DNA of 61,418 bases from contig JANYAP010000019.1 in NCBI GenBank assembly GCA_025361285.1, positions 1 to 61,418 of the forward strand, in the 5' to 3' direction. The notes under the pieces are model-generated. The model ran no database searches. It saw only the letters and a program-made list of their open reading frames with translations, and was not told the DNA's origin. Below are positions 43,018 through 54,084 of the stretch, one piece after another (within the stretch, counting starts at the first letter, position 1; the number at the start of each line of letters is the position of its first letter). Source of the stretch: Bacteroidales bacterium (GTDB taxonomy: Bacteria; Bacteroidota; Bacteroidia; Bacteroidales; JAAUTT01). The position numbers were made by a program, and so were the translations under genes.

Positions 43018-44280
43018 TTGATAAAATACGATGTAATTGTTATAGGAGCAGGGCCTGCGGGGCTAATAGCCGCTGGGCATGCAGCCGAGCTTGGAGCGAA
43101 AGTGTTATTGCTCGAAAAAATGGAACGTGTTGGTAGAAAGTTACTTATTACTGGTAAAGGTCGTTGCAATATTACCAATAATGGCAGCATGTCGGAGTTT
43201 TTTAAACAAATATACCCCAACGGCAGGTTTCTTAAACATGCTTTTGGAGAGTTTTTTTCGACCGATATTATTGAATTGCTTAATAAGCAAGGTGTTGAAA
43301 CCGTGGTAGAACGTGGCGAACGTGTGTTTCCTGTTAGTAATAGCGCCGCCGTTGTAGTACAAGCACTACTCGCGTGGGTTTCGAAAAATAAAGTTGACAT
43401 TCATTACGGTTGCAAGGTTGATAAGCTTCTTGCTAATAATCAAATTATTAAAGGTGTTGTAGTTACTGCACAAGGAGTTACGAAAGAAATTTTTGCAGAT
43501 AGTGTAATCGTTTGTACTGGAGGCAGTTCGTACCCAGTCACTGGATGTACAGGCGATGGATATAGGTTTGCAAAAGCATTGGGGCATACCATCGAAACGG
43601 TTCGACCTGCATTAGTGCCTCTCGAAACAGCCGGAAATACAGCCGAACAACTGCAAGGCCTGAGCCTAAAAAATGTTAATGCCGTAGTTTGGATTAATGG
43701 AAAAAAGTACAAGGAAGAGTTTGGCGAAATGCTATTTACGCATTTTGGTCTTACGGGGCCTATTATCCTTACTTTAAGTCGATTTGTTGTAGATGAGATA
43801 ATTAAGCATAATAAAGTTGAAATTTCCATTGATTTAAAACCTGCGTTAGACGATTTAAAACTCGATGCGCGCCTACTTCGCGATTTAGCCGAACATGGCA
43901 AAAAGCAAATGGAAAACCTTTTCAAACTATGGCTTCCCGGAAAAATGGTTTCGTTTTTTATCAATAAACTTGGTTTAGATGCTGCCAAGGAAGGGCATCA
44001 GCTTAACGCCAACGAACGCAAGCGTATTCGATTGCTTATGAAGGATTTTCGTTTCGAGGTAACAGGTAATAGGTCGTTTAAAGAAGCCATTATTACCGCG
44101 GGCGGGGTGAGTATCAGCGAAATAGATTCGAAAACAATGGAGTCGAAACTTGTAAAAGGTTTATTTTTTGCTGGCGAAGTGCTTGATTTAGATGCTAATA
44201 CTGGCGGATTTAATTTGCAAATAGCTTATTCAACTGCTTGGTTGGCGGCTAAAAACTGTGCAAAAAAGGTAGTAGTTTAG
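43018..44280 (+). CDS. HI0933/BaiN-family FAD-dependent oxidoreductase
   Basis: GAGPAG, GKGRCNITN, LFTHFGLTGP, TGGFNLQ. Confidence 0.93.
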   Translation: MIKYDVIVIGAGPAGLIAAGHAAELGAKVLLLEKMERVGRKLLITGKGRCNITNNGSMSEFFKQIYPNGRFLKHAFGEFFSTDIIELLNKQGVETVVERGERVFPVSNSAAVVVQALLAWVSKNKVDIHYGCKVDKLLANNQIIKGVVVTAQGVTKEIFADSVIVCTGGSSYPVTGCTGDGYRFAKALGHTIETVRPALVPLETAGNTAEQLQGLSLKNVNAVVWINGKKYKEEFGEMLFTHFGLTGPIILTLSRFVVDEIIKHNKVEISIDLKPALDDLKLDARLLRDLAEHGKKQMENLFKLWLPGKMVSFFINKLGLDAAKEGHQLNANERKRIRLLMKDFRFEVTGNRSFKEAIITAGGVSISEIDSKTMESKLVKGLFFAGEVLDLDANTGGFNLQIAYSTAWLAAKNCAKKVVV

Positions 44281-44319
44281 GAACTGCTATGCTTTATGAG
44301 CTGATATTGCCCACAGTTA

Positions 44320-44553
44320 TTTTTTACTTTTTTCTTTAAATTCCTTTTCTAGAAACTTGTCATTCAATTCATCTGTCGTAATTGTACGATTATAATCTTT
44401 ATTCATAAGTCTTTTTGCTATTCGCTTATCTCCAGTCCATAATATTGAATGTAAATGATTATTTAGTGCAATAAACCTATATCAGCAACCCAACTTACCC
44501 TGAGTATTTAAGATTGAACTAAATACAATATTTGAGTCAACTACAATTTTCAT
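44320..44553 (-). pseudogene. PIN-domain toxin remnant (internal deletion and frameshifts; 3' end approximate)
   Basis: MKIVVDSNIVFSSILNTQGKLGC*, then FIALNNHLHSILWTGDKR in a shifted frame; the middle of the domain is missing. Confidence 0.8.
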
Positions 44554-44756
44554 TTAATAGCTCTGCGTTTTTTAATTTTTTTCCACATCGATCTGTTTGC
44601 AGAGTTCGCTAAAGAATCTGCATCTATTTGTTTAGCAGTAGATTTCGCAGTTAGTTCTTTATATTTCAAATAATCAAGCATATTCTGCAATTCAGTCAAA
44701 TCAACATAGGATGGAAGTCGGACCAATATCTCTGAACTTGTTCTTTCAAGAATTAT
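44550..44756 (-). CDS. Putative antitoxin (68 aa, ATA start, possibly inactivated)
   Basis: (I)ILERTSSEILVRLPSYVDLTELQNMLDYLKYKELTAKS...KRRAIK*; ATGA overlap with the PIN start. Confidence 0.65.
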   Translation of the reverse strand: MILERTSSEILVRLPSYVDLTELQNMLDYLKYKELTAKSTAKQIDADSLANSANRSMWKKIKKRRAIK

Positions 44757-44941
44757 ATTAGTTTTTTTGTAAAATTCACGATTTTAAAAATCAAATTATG
44801 TTAATAAACAAAACTATTGTATCCTATTGAAAATACAGCTATTACAGCAATCCTAATTGTGGCCAACTTTCAGTTATAGGGAAGTTAGGAGAATAAAATG
44901 GTGTTTTTCAACGTGTTGCCCCCCTTTTATGCCATTTTACT

Positions 44942-45823
44942 TTAGTCGTTTGCTTCGTAGTAATAGGAATAGTCAATCCCTTTCATAAACATTTCGCGGT
45001 CGTTTATTTTGGTGGTGAGCGCATTTTCCAAAAGTGTTTTCAGAACACTACTTTTGGTTGGACTTAGCATCATTGCGTTCATGTAATCGTGCTTGCTTAT
45101 TTTACTCCAATCAACGCATTTTTCGAGGCGTTTTTTTAGTATCAAATCCAGCCATATTCTGGCGCTTCTGCCATTACCTTCCATAAAAGGATGTGCAATG
45201 TTCATTTCAACATATTTGTTTACAATTTCGTCAAATGTAGTTTCGGGCATTGCTTCTATTTGCTTTAATGTGTCGCCTAAAAAGCGCGATACGGCAAATT
45301 GAAAACCACCTTTTGAAATATTTTTTTGTCTTATTTGTCCAGCAAAATCATACAATCCGCCAAACAAATAAGCGTGTATTTGCTGCAAACCTTTAGATGT
45401 TCCAACTTCTATGCTGTTGATAAAAGTACTTTCAAACAGTGCATAGGCTTTTGTTTTGCTTTTCCCGTCAATGCTTTCATCGCTAAAAGTAAACCAATCA
45501 ATAAAACGATTTGCTTTTTTGCCCGGAAATTCTTTGCCTAAGGCAATAATGCCAGTATAATCCAACATATCAGTTAAATATCGTTTACCGTCTTTTGCTA
45601 GAAGTTTCAGTTGGGTAGTGGCACTACCCAACTCGATATTTTCTTTTTTCAGCTTCGCTTTAAGGTATTTCCAATAGTTGCGAGTTTTGGTGTAGTCGTC
45701 TTGGTCGGTAAGCAAAGCTACAATATCCAACACGCTAAACCACCACTTGGCGTTTTGCTCGTCCCAAACGGCTCGTACTTCGCGGTCGTCAAAAAAACGT
45801 ATGGATATTTTTGCATTACTCAT
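44942..45823 (-). CDS. fic: Fic-family AMPylase with a Bro-N-like N-terminal domain
   Basis: [12 protein letters not shown]; C-terminal SYYYE autoinhibitory motif. Confidence 0.9.
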   Translation of the reverse strand: MSNAKISIRFFDDREVRAVWDEQNAKWWFSVLDIVALLTDQDDYTKTRNYWKYLKAKLKKENIELGSATTQLKLLAKDGKRYLTDMLDYTGIIALGKEFPGKKANRFIDWFTFSDESIDGKSKTKAYALFESTFINSIEVGTSKGLQQIHAYLFGGLYDFAGQIRQKNISKGGFQFAVSRFLGDTLKQIEAMPETTFDEIVNKYVEMNIAHPFMEGNGRSARIWLDLILKKRLEKCVDWSKISKHDYMNAMMLSPTKSSVLKTLLENALTTKINDREMFMKGIDYSYYYEAND

Positions 45824-45911
45824 GCGTAAGAGTTAAAAAAAGTAAAAGCCCAAATTATCTTTATTTGCTATCTAGTAGATTTTCAAACCTTAATTGGCGT
45901 TATTAACAAAT

Positions 45912-46766
45912 CTATTTCAGGGCCTTCAGGCTTAAATCGAGGCTTTTTATTTGATGCGTTAAAGCGCCAACCGATATATAATCGACACCGCAAAGTGCAT
46001 AGGCGCGAAGGGTATTAATGGTAATGCCGCCCGACGATTCGGTTTCGTATCTACCAGCAATTAATGTAACTGCTTGACGCGTAGTTGGTAAGTCGAAATT
46101 ATCGAGCATAATACGGTGAATACCGCCTAAGCTCATAATTAATTCAATATCAGCAATATTTCGAGCTTCCACTTCAATTTTGAGATTTTTATTGTTCTGT
46201 TTTAGGTAAGTTTTAACCGAATTAACTGCGTTTTTAATGCCTCCAGCAAAATCGATATGGTTGTCCTTAATGAGTATCATGTCGTACAAGCCAATGCGGT
46301 GGTTTTCGCCTCCTCCAAGTTTTACTGCCAATTTGTCGAGAAGGCGCATTCCTGGCGTGGTTTTGCGAGTGTCTAAAACTTTGGTTTTTAGTCCGTTGAG
46401 CTTTTCAACATAAATATTTGTTTGGGTTGCAACACCACTCATTCGTTGCATTATGTTTAGCACCAATCGTTCGCATTGAAGAATGGTAAGAACTTTACCT
46501 TCCACTGTAAAGGCTATGTCGCCATATTTTACTCGGCTTCCATCGGTAATTAACTGATTGAATACAACTTGCGAATCGAACTTCTCGAAAATAAGTTTGG
46601 CAATTTCAATACCAGCAATTATACCGTCGTCTTTTACAATAAGTTGCGCTTTGCCAATAACTGTTGATGGAATTATTGCAAGCGAGGTGTGATCGCCATC
46701 GCCAACATCCTCTTTAATAGCGTTTTCAATAAACTGGTGAACAATAGGATTATCAGTTATTTTCAT
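45912..46766 (-). CDS. nadC: Nicotinate-nucleotide diphosphorylase (carboxylating)
   Basis: DTRKTTPG, IKDNH, MLDN, SGG, LDLSL. Confidence 0.97.
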   Translation of the reverse strand: MKITDNPIVHQFIENAIKEDVGDGDHTSLAIIPSTVIGKAQLIVKDDGIIAGIEIAKLIFEKFDSQVVFNQLITDGSRVKYGDIAFTVEGKVLTILQCERLVLNIMQRMSGVATQTNIYVEKLNGLKTKVLDTRKTTPGMRLLDKLAVKLGGGENHRIGLYDMILIKDNHIDFAGGIKNAVNSVKTYLKQNNKNLKIEVEARNIADIELIMSLGGIHRIMLDNFDLPTTRQAVTLIAGRYETESSGGITINTLRAYALCGVDYISVGALTHQIKSLDLSLKALK

Positions 46767-47166
46767 CTTCTATTCGAAAATTGTGTATAGTCAATTCGTT
46801 GTTAATACCTTTCATTAAATAATAAACTCTATAACGCCCCTTAGTAGTTATAAGTGTGCCAATTACATACTTAGAGGCATCTTTTCCACCTTCGTGAAGC
46901 TTAATAAAACGATCTTGCGATGGTATATTTTGCCTAAAAAAGTCTTTTAAAATAAGCTCAACCTGAGGTTTGCTATAAACGCCTTCCTTATCGAGTATTA
47001 TTAGCTCGATGTTTGAGTTAAAATATTTAGCCAACTCTTTGGCATTGCCAGCTTTAATAGCATTTATAATACCATCGTTTATATTTACTTGCTGAGAGAA
47101 ACCAGCGTGTAATTGTAAAAAAACAAAGACCAATAGTATCGATAATGTACGTTTTGCAGTTTTCAT
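46753..47166 (-). CDS. DUF4783-like exported protein
   Basis: Signal peptide; GNAKELAKYF, YSKxQxExILKDFF; adjacent to nadC. Confidence 0.75.
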   Translation of the reverse strand: MKTAKRTLSILLVFVFLQLHAGFSQQVNINDGIINAIKAGNAKELAKYFNSNIELIILDKEGVYSKPQVELILKDFFRQNIPSQDRFIKLHEGGKDASKYVIGTLITTKGRYRVYYLMKGINNELTIHNFRIEDENN

Positions 47167-47294
47167 TACGTTCTAAATTTTAATGGTTATGAACTAACAA
47201 GCAAAAACTAAACCACAAATTAAATCATTTTTTCTGTGGGAGAACTAATAAAACAAAATAGCTTAGTAAATTTAGCCATTTAAAATTATAAATT

Positions 47295-47765
47295 GTGAAG
47301 GTTTGTTTTTTATTATTGGGTAAAACTACCGAGGCTTATTTGCGCGAAGGTATTGGGATTTTCGAAAAGCGGGTTAAAAATTATCTTACTTTCGATTTAA
47401 AAATACTTCCCGAGCTTCGTAATACTGCTAATTTAAGCTTCGAGCAGCAGAAAAGTATGGAAGGAAAGCTAATTTTGGCAGCTATTGAACCTTCCGATTG
47501 GGTTGTGTTGCTCGATGAAGCGGGTTTAGAGATGAGTTCGGTTGAGTTTTCGAAATACATACAACGCTCTATGCTTCAGAGCCGAAAGAGTATTGTGTTT
47601 GTTATTGGCGGCCCATACGGGTTTGCAAAAGAGGTGTACGATAGAGCCAACGAAAAAATGGCTTTATCGAAAATGACTTTTTCGCACCAAATGGTTCGTT
47701 TGGTATTTTTAGAACAGCTGTACCGAGCAATGACAATACTTAAGAGCGAGCCTTATCATCATTAA
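47295..47765 (+). CDS. rlmH: 23S rRNA pseudouridine-1915 N3-methyltransferase
   Basis: LDE.G, FVIGGPYG, LSKMTFSHQ, EQLYRA, PYHH. Confidence 0.97.
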   Translation: MKVCFLLLGKTTEAYLREGIGIFEKRVKNYLTFDLKILPELRNTANLSFEQQKSMEGKLILAAIEPSDWVVLLDEAGLEMSSVEFSKYIQRSMLQSRKSIVFVIGGPYGFAKEVYDRANEKMALSKMTFSHQMVRLVFLEQLYRAMTILKSEPYHH

Positions 47766-47777
47766 TTTACCAACGGC

Positions 47778-50700
47778 ATGAATGTAAAACCGAGTTTGAA
47801 GTATCTGCTTATTGCTTTAACAATTCTGTTGTTTGGTAAATTAACCGAGCAAAATATTTTATTTCCACGGTTCAACCAATCGTATGCGCAACGGTTTCAG
47901 AAAGTGTTTAGCTATAAGGAAAAGGAATTAAACCAGATACTTTTACAATGCACCGATTCGGTAAGAGGTTATCATAGAAATAGAACAAGTGAGCTTGGTC
48001 TTTCGAAATATGTTGGATTGCTCGAAAGTAAAGGCTTAGCGATATTTATTTATGAGAACGATAGCTTGAGGTTTTGGTCGGATAATACCATTCCAATTGC
48101 CAATGAATATTCGAAATGCGGCATAGATACCTCGTTTATTTATTTGCGAAACGCATGGTATGTGCCAATGACTAAGAAGCTTAACAGTGTTGTGGTTGTT
48201 GGGCTTATTCAAATTAAGCAAGTGTATCAGTTTGAAAATAAGTTTCTTATAAACGAATTTCAACCCGATTTTCATTTCCCTGCAACGGTAAAAATATCGT
48301 CGAAAATATTGCCAGCAAGCTTTCCGATTGTTAACTCGAAGCAGAAATTTGTATTTTCGTTAGTGTTCGATAGCGGTGCGCATCATTCACTATATCAATC
48401 GTATATACCATCGTGGTGCTACTTTATTGTTATATTGTTTCTTATATGGTTTTTTTATGAGTTAATAAAATCAATATCAAATACATACATTCGAAATGTG
48501 GCAATTGTTGTTTTAGCATTAGGGCTTCTGTGGGTTAAGTATGCGATGCTTCAAAATCATTTTCCACAAGTTTTTTATGAGTTGGACCTGTTCCGACCGT
48601 TTATTTTTGGTACACATGGCATACTGCCATCATTAGGCGATATGCTAATATGGTCGATATTAATATTTTCCATCGTTTTTATTTTTTATAAGGAATTTTC
48701 GGTGCCCGAGTCCAACATGCGGAATGTTAGGAATTGGAAAGTTTATGTATTTCTGGTACTGCATCTTATAGCCGTGTTATGCGCGTTTTTGGGCATTTTT
48801 TCGCTTGTAAAAAGCATTATTCTAAATTCTACTATATCGTTCGAAGTTAGTAAGTTACTGCTGTTCGACACGTATAGTCTTATAGGATATGTTATTATAA
48901 TGCTGCTTTTTGCATCGTTTATGTTTTATTTCGATAAAGTTTTGTTGCTTTTTCAAAACCAGATTTCGTTTCTTAGTTTTAATATTATCTTCCTGATAGT
49001 TAGTATTGTTTTAACCATAATTTTTTATATAATTGGTATTGAGGTACATCTTGTATCTGTTGTTTTTGTAATTATTTTGGGGATAAGTATTAGTTACGTA
49101 AGCTACAAATTATCAACTATTTATAGATATTCGACATTTATATATTTAGTACTGCTTTTCGCAGTTTATACAGTTATAGTGGTTTCGGAATTTTCGAAGC
49201 TTAAGAACTTGAATAACAAGAAAGTACTTATTACTAATTTGGCTAACGAGCACGATGCGGTGGCCGAATTTAAACTTAGAGATGAAATAAACGATAGGCT
49301 TACAGCCGACACTGTACTTAGTAAGTATGTGTTTAATAGAGAAATAGATAATATTGAAACACATTTAAAAAACCGATATTTTAATACGTATTTCGATAAA
49401 TACAACCTTCAAAACATAACTATTTGTAATTCAGCCGATAGTGTTTTTTTATCGGACAACACACAGCAGCATTGCTATTCGTTTTTTAAATCGTTGATTA
49501 CCGAAAAGCAAACCCTTCCAGAAACTAACTTCTATAATATTGATAATTACAATGGTAGAATTAGCTATTTAGGGCATTTCGTGTTTAATTCTAAAAAGTT
49601 TAAGTTGCCCGTTTCGCTGTATATCGAACTGGAGTCGAAACTTATTAGCGAAGAGCTGGGATACCCAGAATTATTGCTCGATAGCCGATTTTCGTACCGC
49701 TCGAAACTTATCGATTATTCTTACGCCAAATATTATAATGGAAACCTTGTATCTCAATATGGGTTATATCCTTACAATATTTCTTCTAAAGTTTTCAATA
49801 CCGAAAATGTCGATTTTGTTACAATTAAGCTCGATGCGTTCGATCACATGTTGTATCGTATTGATAATAATACTATTATCGTATTAAGTTCGCCCACGGT
49901 AACACTGCTCGATTTGCTAATATCATTCTCTTACACTTTTGCAGTTTATTTTCTGGTGTTAACACTTGTTATTCTGTTAATTAACCTTCCTGTATTCAAG
50001 AATAACTTTCATCCTAACTTTAAGAATAAGATTCAATATTCTATGATGTCGGTTATGTTCCTGTCGCTTATACTAATAGGTGGCGGAACATTGTACTTTA
50101 ATATTAAGCAATATTATTCGAAACATTACGAGGCACTTGGCGAAAAAATGCAATCGATTTATATCGAGATGCTTCATAAAATGGGGCAGGAAAAGAAGAT
50201 TGATAATACTTGGAAGTCGAATTCGAACGAAAGCCTAAACGAAATTTTGATTAACCTTTCCAATATATTTTATATCGATATTAATATGTACGATACCAAT
50301 GGCAGTATTATAGCTACTTCCCGACCAGAAGTTTTTGGTAAAGGGCTTATTGGTAACAAAATTAACATGAAAGCTTACAATGCGTTGGCTATCGAAATGA
50401 AGCCTAAAGTTATTCATAATGAACAAATTGGACATTTAAGTTATATTTCGGCGTATGTTCCGTTTAAAAATTCCGATAATAAGTTACTCGCTTATCTTAA
50501 TTTACCCTATTTTACTAGGCAGGAAGTATTGTCTCGCGAAATATCGACTATGATTGTTACAGTTGCAAACGTTTATGTACTGTTTTTGTTATTAACGTTT
50601 CTTATCGCTATGTTTTTGTCGAGGAAAATTACTTTGCCGTTGCGAATTATTCAATTGAAATTCAGCGAGATAAAGCTTGGGCAGAAATACGAAAAAATTA

Positions 50701-51476
50701 ATTACGTAAGTAACGACGAAATAGGAGGTTTGGTAAACGAGTACAATCGTATGGTTTCGGAGCTTGAGAAAAGTGTGGAACTGCTTGCAAAATCGGAGCG
50801 TGAATCGGCATGGAGGGAAATGGCCAAGCAAATAGCTCACGAAATTAATAACCCTCTAACTCCCATGAGACTTAGTGTACAGCATCTTCAACGTGCGTGG
50901 GCCGACAAAAGCGAGAGATTCGACGAGTTTATGAATCGAATTTCAAAAACGCTTATCGATGAGATTGATAATTTGTCGTCGATAGCATCGGAATTTTCGA
51001 ATTTTGCAAAAATGCCAACTGCCAATAACCAACAAATCAATCTGATAGCTAAGATAGAGAATGTAGCTAATCTGTTTATCAATACCGATGTAATGTTTAC
51101 TATTAATAGTAGTAAGCATACCGAAGTTGCTGTTTTTGCCGATAAAGAGCAGATATCCAGAGTATTTATTAACCTTTTCAAAAATGCAATACAATCGGTC
51201 GATAAGGATGTTTCACCATCGATAGTTATTGATATTCAAATAGATGAATCGTTTGTAATTGTTTCGGTAAAGGATAATGGTAAAGGAATACCAAAAGAAA
51301 TGCGCGACAAGCTATTTAGGCCTAATTTTACAACAAAAACTAGCGGTATGGGATTGGGGTTGGCAATGGTTAAAAACATTGTAGAAAGCTCAGGCGGTGC
51401 AATTACTTGCGTAACCGAAATAGGTAAAGGAACAACATTTTTAATACGACTACCTGTTTATCAAATAATTGAGTGA
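47778..51476 (+). CDS. Large multi-pass membrane sensor histidine kinase (HAMP, NtrY-like core)
   Basis: AWREMAKQIAHEINNPLTP, DNGKG, GMGLGL; many TM segments. Confidence 0.9.
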   Translation: MNVKPSLKYLLIALTILLFGKLTEQNILFPRFNQSYAQRFQKVFSYKEKELNQILLQCTDSVRGYHRNRTSELGLSKYVGLLESKGLAIFIYENDSLRFWSDNTIPIANEYSKCGIDTSFIYLRNAWYVPMTKKLNSVVVVGLIQIKQVYQFENKFLINEFQPDFHFPATVKISSKILPASFPIVNSKQKFVFSLVFDSGAHHSLYQSYIPSWCYFIVILFLIWFFYELIKSISNTYIRNVAIVVLALGLLWVKYAMLQNHFPQVFYELDLFRPFIFGTHGILPSLGDMLIWSILIFSIVFIFYKEFSVPESNMRNVRNWKVYVFLVLHLIAVLCAFLGIFSLVKSIILNSTISFEVSKLLLFDTYSLIGYVIIMLLFASFMFYFDKVLLLFQNQISFLSFNIIFLIVSIVLTIIFYIIGIEVHLVSVVFVIILGISISYVSYKLSTIYRYSTFIYLVLLFAVYTVIVVSEFSKLKNLNNKKVLITNLANEHDAVAEFKLRDEINDRLTADTVLSKYVFNREIDNIETHLKNRYFNTYFDKYNLQNITICNSADSVFLSDNTQQHCYSFFKSLITEKQTLPETNFYNIDNYNGRISYLGHFVFNSKKFKLPVSLYIELESKLISEELGYPELLLDSRFSYRSKLIDYSYAKYYNGNLVSQYGLYPYNISSKVFNTENVDFVTIKLDAFDHMLYRIDNNTIIVLSSPTVTLLDLLISFSYTFAVYFLVLTLVILLINLPVFKNNFHPNFKNKIQYSMMSVMFLSLILIGGGTLYFNIKQYYSKHYEALGEKMQSIYIEMLHKMGQEKKIDNTWKSNSNESLNEILINLSNIFYIDINMYDTNGSIIATSRPEVFGKGLIGNKINMKAYNALAIEMKPKVIHNEQIGHLSYISAYVPFKNSDNKLLAYLNLPYFTRQEVLSREISTMIVTVANVYVLFLLLTFLIAMFLSRKITLPLRIIQLKFSEIKLGQKYEKINYVSNDEIGGLVNEYNRMVSELEKSVELLAKSERESAWREMAKQIAHEINNPLTPMRLSVQHLQRAWADKSERFDEFMNRISKTLIDEIDNLSSIASEFSNFAKMPTANNQQINLIAKIENVANLFINTDVMFTINSSKHTEVAVFADKEQISRVFINLFKNAIQSVDKDVSPSIVIDIQIDESFVIVSVKDNGKGIPKEMRDKLFRPNFTTKTSGMGLGLAMVKNIVESSGGAITCVTEIGKGTTFLIRLPVYQIIE

Positions 51477-51525
51477 TACAAGTTAGGTATTGCAGACTAC
51501 TTAATAATCTATTTATTAGCTGTTG

Positions 51526-52236
51526 TTATTTCTTCTTTTTCGATGTTTTATCCTCTTGTAACATTTTTTTATGTCCGTCTTTCAACTCTTTTTTTACTTC
51601 GGAAAGTTGCCTCTCTTGCGGTAAATTTTCTGGGTTCTTGCCTACGTTATTTTGAATAATACCGCTTACTTCTTTGCCTACTTGAGAGTGAGTTTGTTCT
51701 AAATCAGGTTGACCAGATATTTTTTTGTTTTTAATTCGTTCTTCTGTTTGTGTTACTCTAAATAAATTTGCCGCCAACTCTGTACGACCCATATAATCCA
51801 TAAGTTTCCCCTTTTTTTCACCATGTTTATTCTCGAGTTTCCATGATGGCATATTATACATACTTATGTACCCAGCATTTTGAAATTTAGCAAAATACGA
51901 CTGCGCTATCGCAACCTCAACCTTTTTAGGATTACCATTCATTACAGCTATATAGCATGCAAACCTCGATAATTTAAAATCTTGAAAAATACGTCCTTCA
52001 ATTTCTCTTTGCTGCGCTATAATATTTTCACAATGAGGAATCCCTAACGATACAAACGCTTTTGTAGCCCTATCCAATACACTTTGAAATGATTTCATGT
52101 CATTGTAGCCAAGCATTGCCATTAAATCAGATGCCCACCAAAATGTCAAACCATTTTTATTTTTAAAATCTTCAAATGATAACGCCCTATTATTAGTGTT
52201 TTGTACTCGTCCATAAATAGTAATTTCGAATGCCAA
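51526..52236 (-). pseudogene. dinD: DinD / Bro-N family protein, probably damaged
   Basis: LSRFACY, AQSYFA, FQNAGY, MGRTELAANLFRVTQT. The segment normally between YFA and FQNAGY appears missing, and ATG 52214 is out of frame. Confidence 0.65.
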
Positions 52237-52474
52237 AAATACAAAAAGAATGTCCGAAAAGGAATTTTAAAAATTATTTTTGTTGAAAATCTAGGTTATC
52301 AATCTTCGTTTTGGATTATAGGTTTTAATTGCAATAGCATGCTGCAACAAAATACTCAATTGTAAGAAATTGTAAAAAAACTTTTTTAAACAGTTGGATT
52401 TTTGTAATGTTGTACTCCAATAAAAAAACAGTTTTATTGTGTAAAGTACTGATTTTTAACTTAAAACATTTATT

Positions 52475-54019
52475 ATGCCACTAAAAAACAAAATTCTGGA
52501 ACTTCAAAAACGTAGAGAACTTGTTCAGCAAGGAGGTGGAGAAAAAGCCATCGAAAAGCAAATTGCAATGGGCAAACTCACAGCTCGTGAGCGTATTACA
52601 TCCATTGTTGATAAGGACTCTTTTAACGAATACGACCTGTTCGTTGAACACGATGCCAGAGATTTTGATATGGACAAAGTAACATTAGCTGGCGATGGTG
52701 TGATTACTGGAACAGGAACCATTTACGGACAGCCAATTGGTATTTATGCTCAAGACTTTACAGTTGCTGGTGGCTCGCTGGGTTCGATGCATGCTCGTAA
52801 GATAACCAAGATCATGGATCACACCCTTAAAATGAAAATGCCTCTAATAGGTATAAACGACTCAGGTGGAGCGCGTATTCAGGAAGGCGTTAACTCGCTA
52901 GCAGGGTATGGCGAAATATTTTTTCGTAACACACTGTCATCGGGGGTTATACCGCAAATATCGGTAATACTGGGTCCATGTGCTGGCGGCGCTGTTTATT
53001 CGCCAGCATTAACCGACTTCGTGTTTGTGGTCGATAAAATTTCGAAAATGTTTATTACAGGTCCCGAAGTAATAAAAAGTGTTTTAGGCGAAGAAATTAG
53101 TCAGGAAGATTTGGGTGGAGCAAAGGTACACAGTGCAATTACGGGTAATGCTCATTTTTATGCCGAATCGGAGTTGGAATGTTTCGAGCAGATAACTAAG
53201 TTGTTGAGTTTCATTCCTTGGAATAACATTAAAAAGGCAACCAAGATTGAGCCGAAACTGCCGAACACAAAGTTGAAAATCGATAAAATTATACCCGAAG
53301 ATGCTAAACAACCTTACGACGTTCGCGATGTAATTAAGTGTATTACCGATGAATCGGATTTCTTTGAAGTTCAGGAATACTGGGCGGCCAATGCTGTAAT
53401 AGGTTTTGGGCGCATAGGTGGCGAGACAGTTGGGTTTGTTTGTAACCAACCACTTGTATTAGCTGGTGTTCTCGATTGCGACTCGTCCGACAAAATGGCA
53501 CGTTTTATTCGCTACTGCGATGCGTTTAATATTCCTATCGTAACATTAGTCGATCTACCAGGTTATCTTCCAGGTGTGGATCAGGAGCACGCTGGTGTAA
53601 TTCGTCACGGAGCTAAAATACTTTATTCTTACAGCGAGGCAACTGTTCCGAAAGTAACACTTATTCTTCGCAAAGCTTATGGAGGCGGTTATATTGCAAT
53701 GGGTTCGCGCCATTTACGTGCCGACTTTGTATTTGCTTGGCCAACTGCCGAAATTGCTGTTATGGGCCCCGAAGGTGCTGCAAACATTATCTTCCGCAAG
53801 GAAATTATAGCTGCCGAAGATCCGGAAGCAATGCGTAAACAAAAAGTTCAAGAATATAAAGAGAAGTTTGCTAACCCTTATGTAGCTGCATCTAAAGGTT
53901 ATATCGATGCTGTTATTGAACCGCATGAAACCCGTTCGAGAGTTATTCATGCACTTGAGGTTTCCACATACAAAGATGCTGGAATGCCTAAAAAGAAACA
54001 TGGAGTTCCTCCGTTCTAA
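52475..54019 (+). CDS. Acyl-CoA carboxylase/decarboxylase carboxyltransferase subunit (PccB/MmdA-like)
   Basis: DSGGARIQEG, GPCAGG, RKAYGG, KKHG. Confidence 0.95.
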   Translation: MPLKNKILELQKRRELVQQGGGEKAIEKQIAMGKLTARERITSIVDKDSFNEYDLFVEHDARDFDMDKVTLAGDGVITGTGTIYGQPIGIYAQDFTVAGGSLGSMHARKITKIMDHTLKMKMPLIGINDSGGARIQEGVNSLAGYGEIFFRNTLSSGVIPQISVILGPCAGGAVYSPALTDFVFVVDKISKMFITGPEVIKSVLGEEISQEDLGGAKVHSAITGNAHFYAESELECFEQITKLLSFIPWNNIKKATKIEPKLPNTKLKIDKIIPEDAKQPYDVRDVIKCITDESDFFEVQEYWAANAVIGFGRIGGETVGFVCNQPLVLAGVLDCDSSDKMARFIRYCDAFNIPIVTLVDLPGYLPGVDQEHAGVIRHGAKILYSYSEATVPKVTLILRKAYGGGYIAMGSRHLRADFVFAWPTAEIAVMGPEGAANIIFRKEIIAAEDPEAMRKQKVQEYKEKFANPYVAASKGYIDAVIEPHETRSRVIHALEVSTYKDAGMPKKKHGVPPF

Positions 54020-54084
54020 GAAGCATTGTTTCAATTATATAGTGCTTTGAATTAATATAACATATTAGTAGAACTAAAAAGTGT

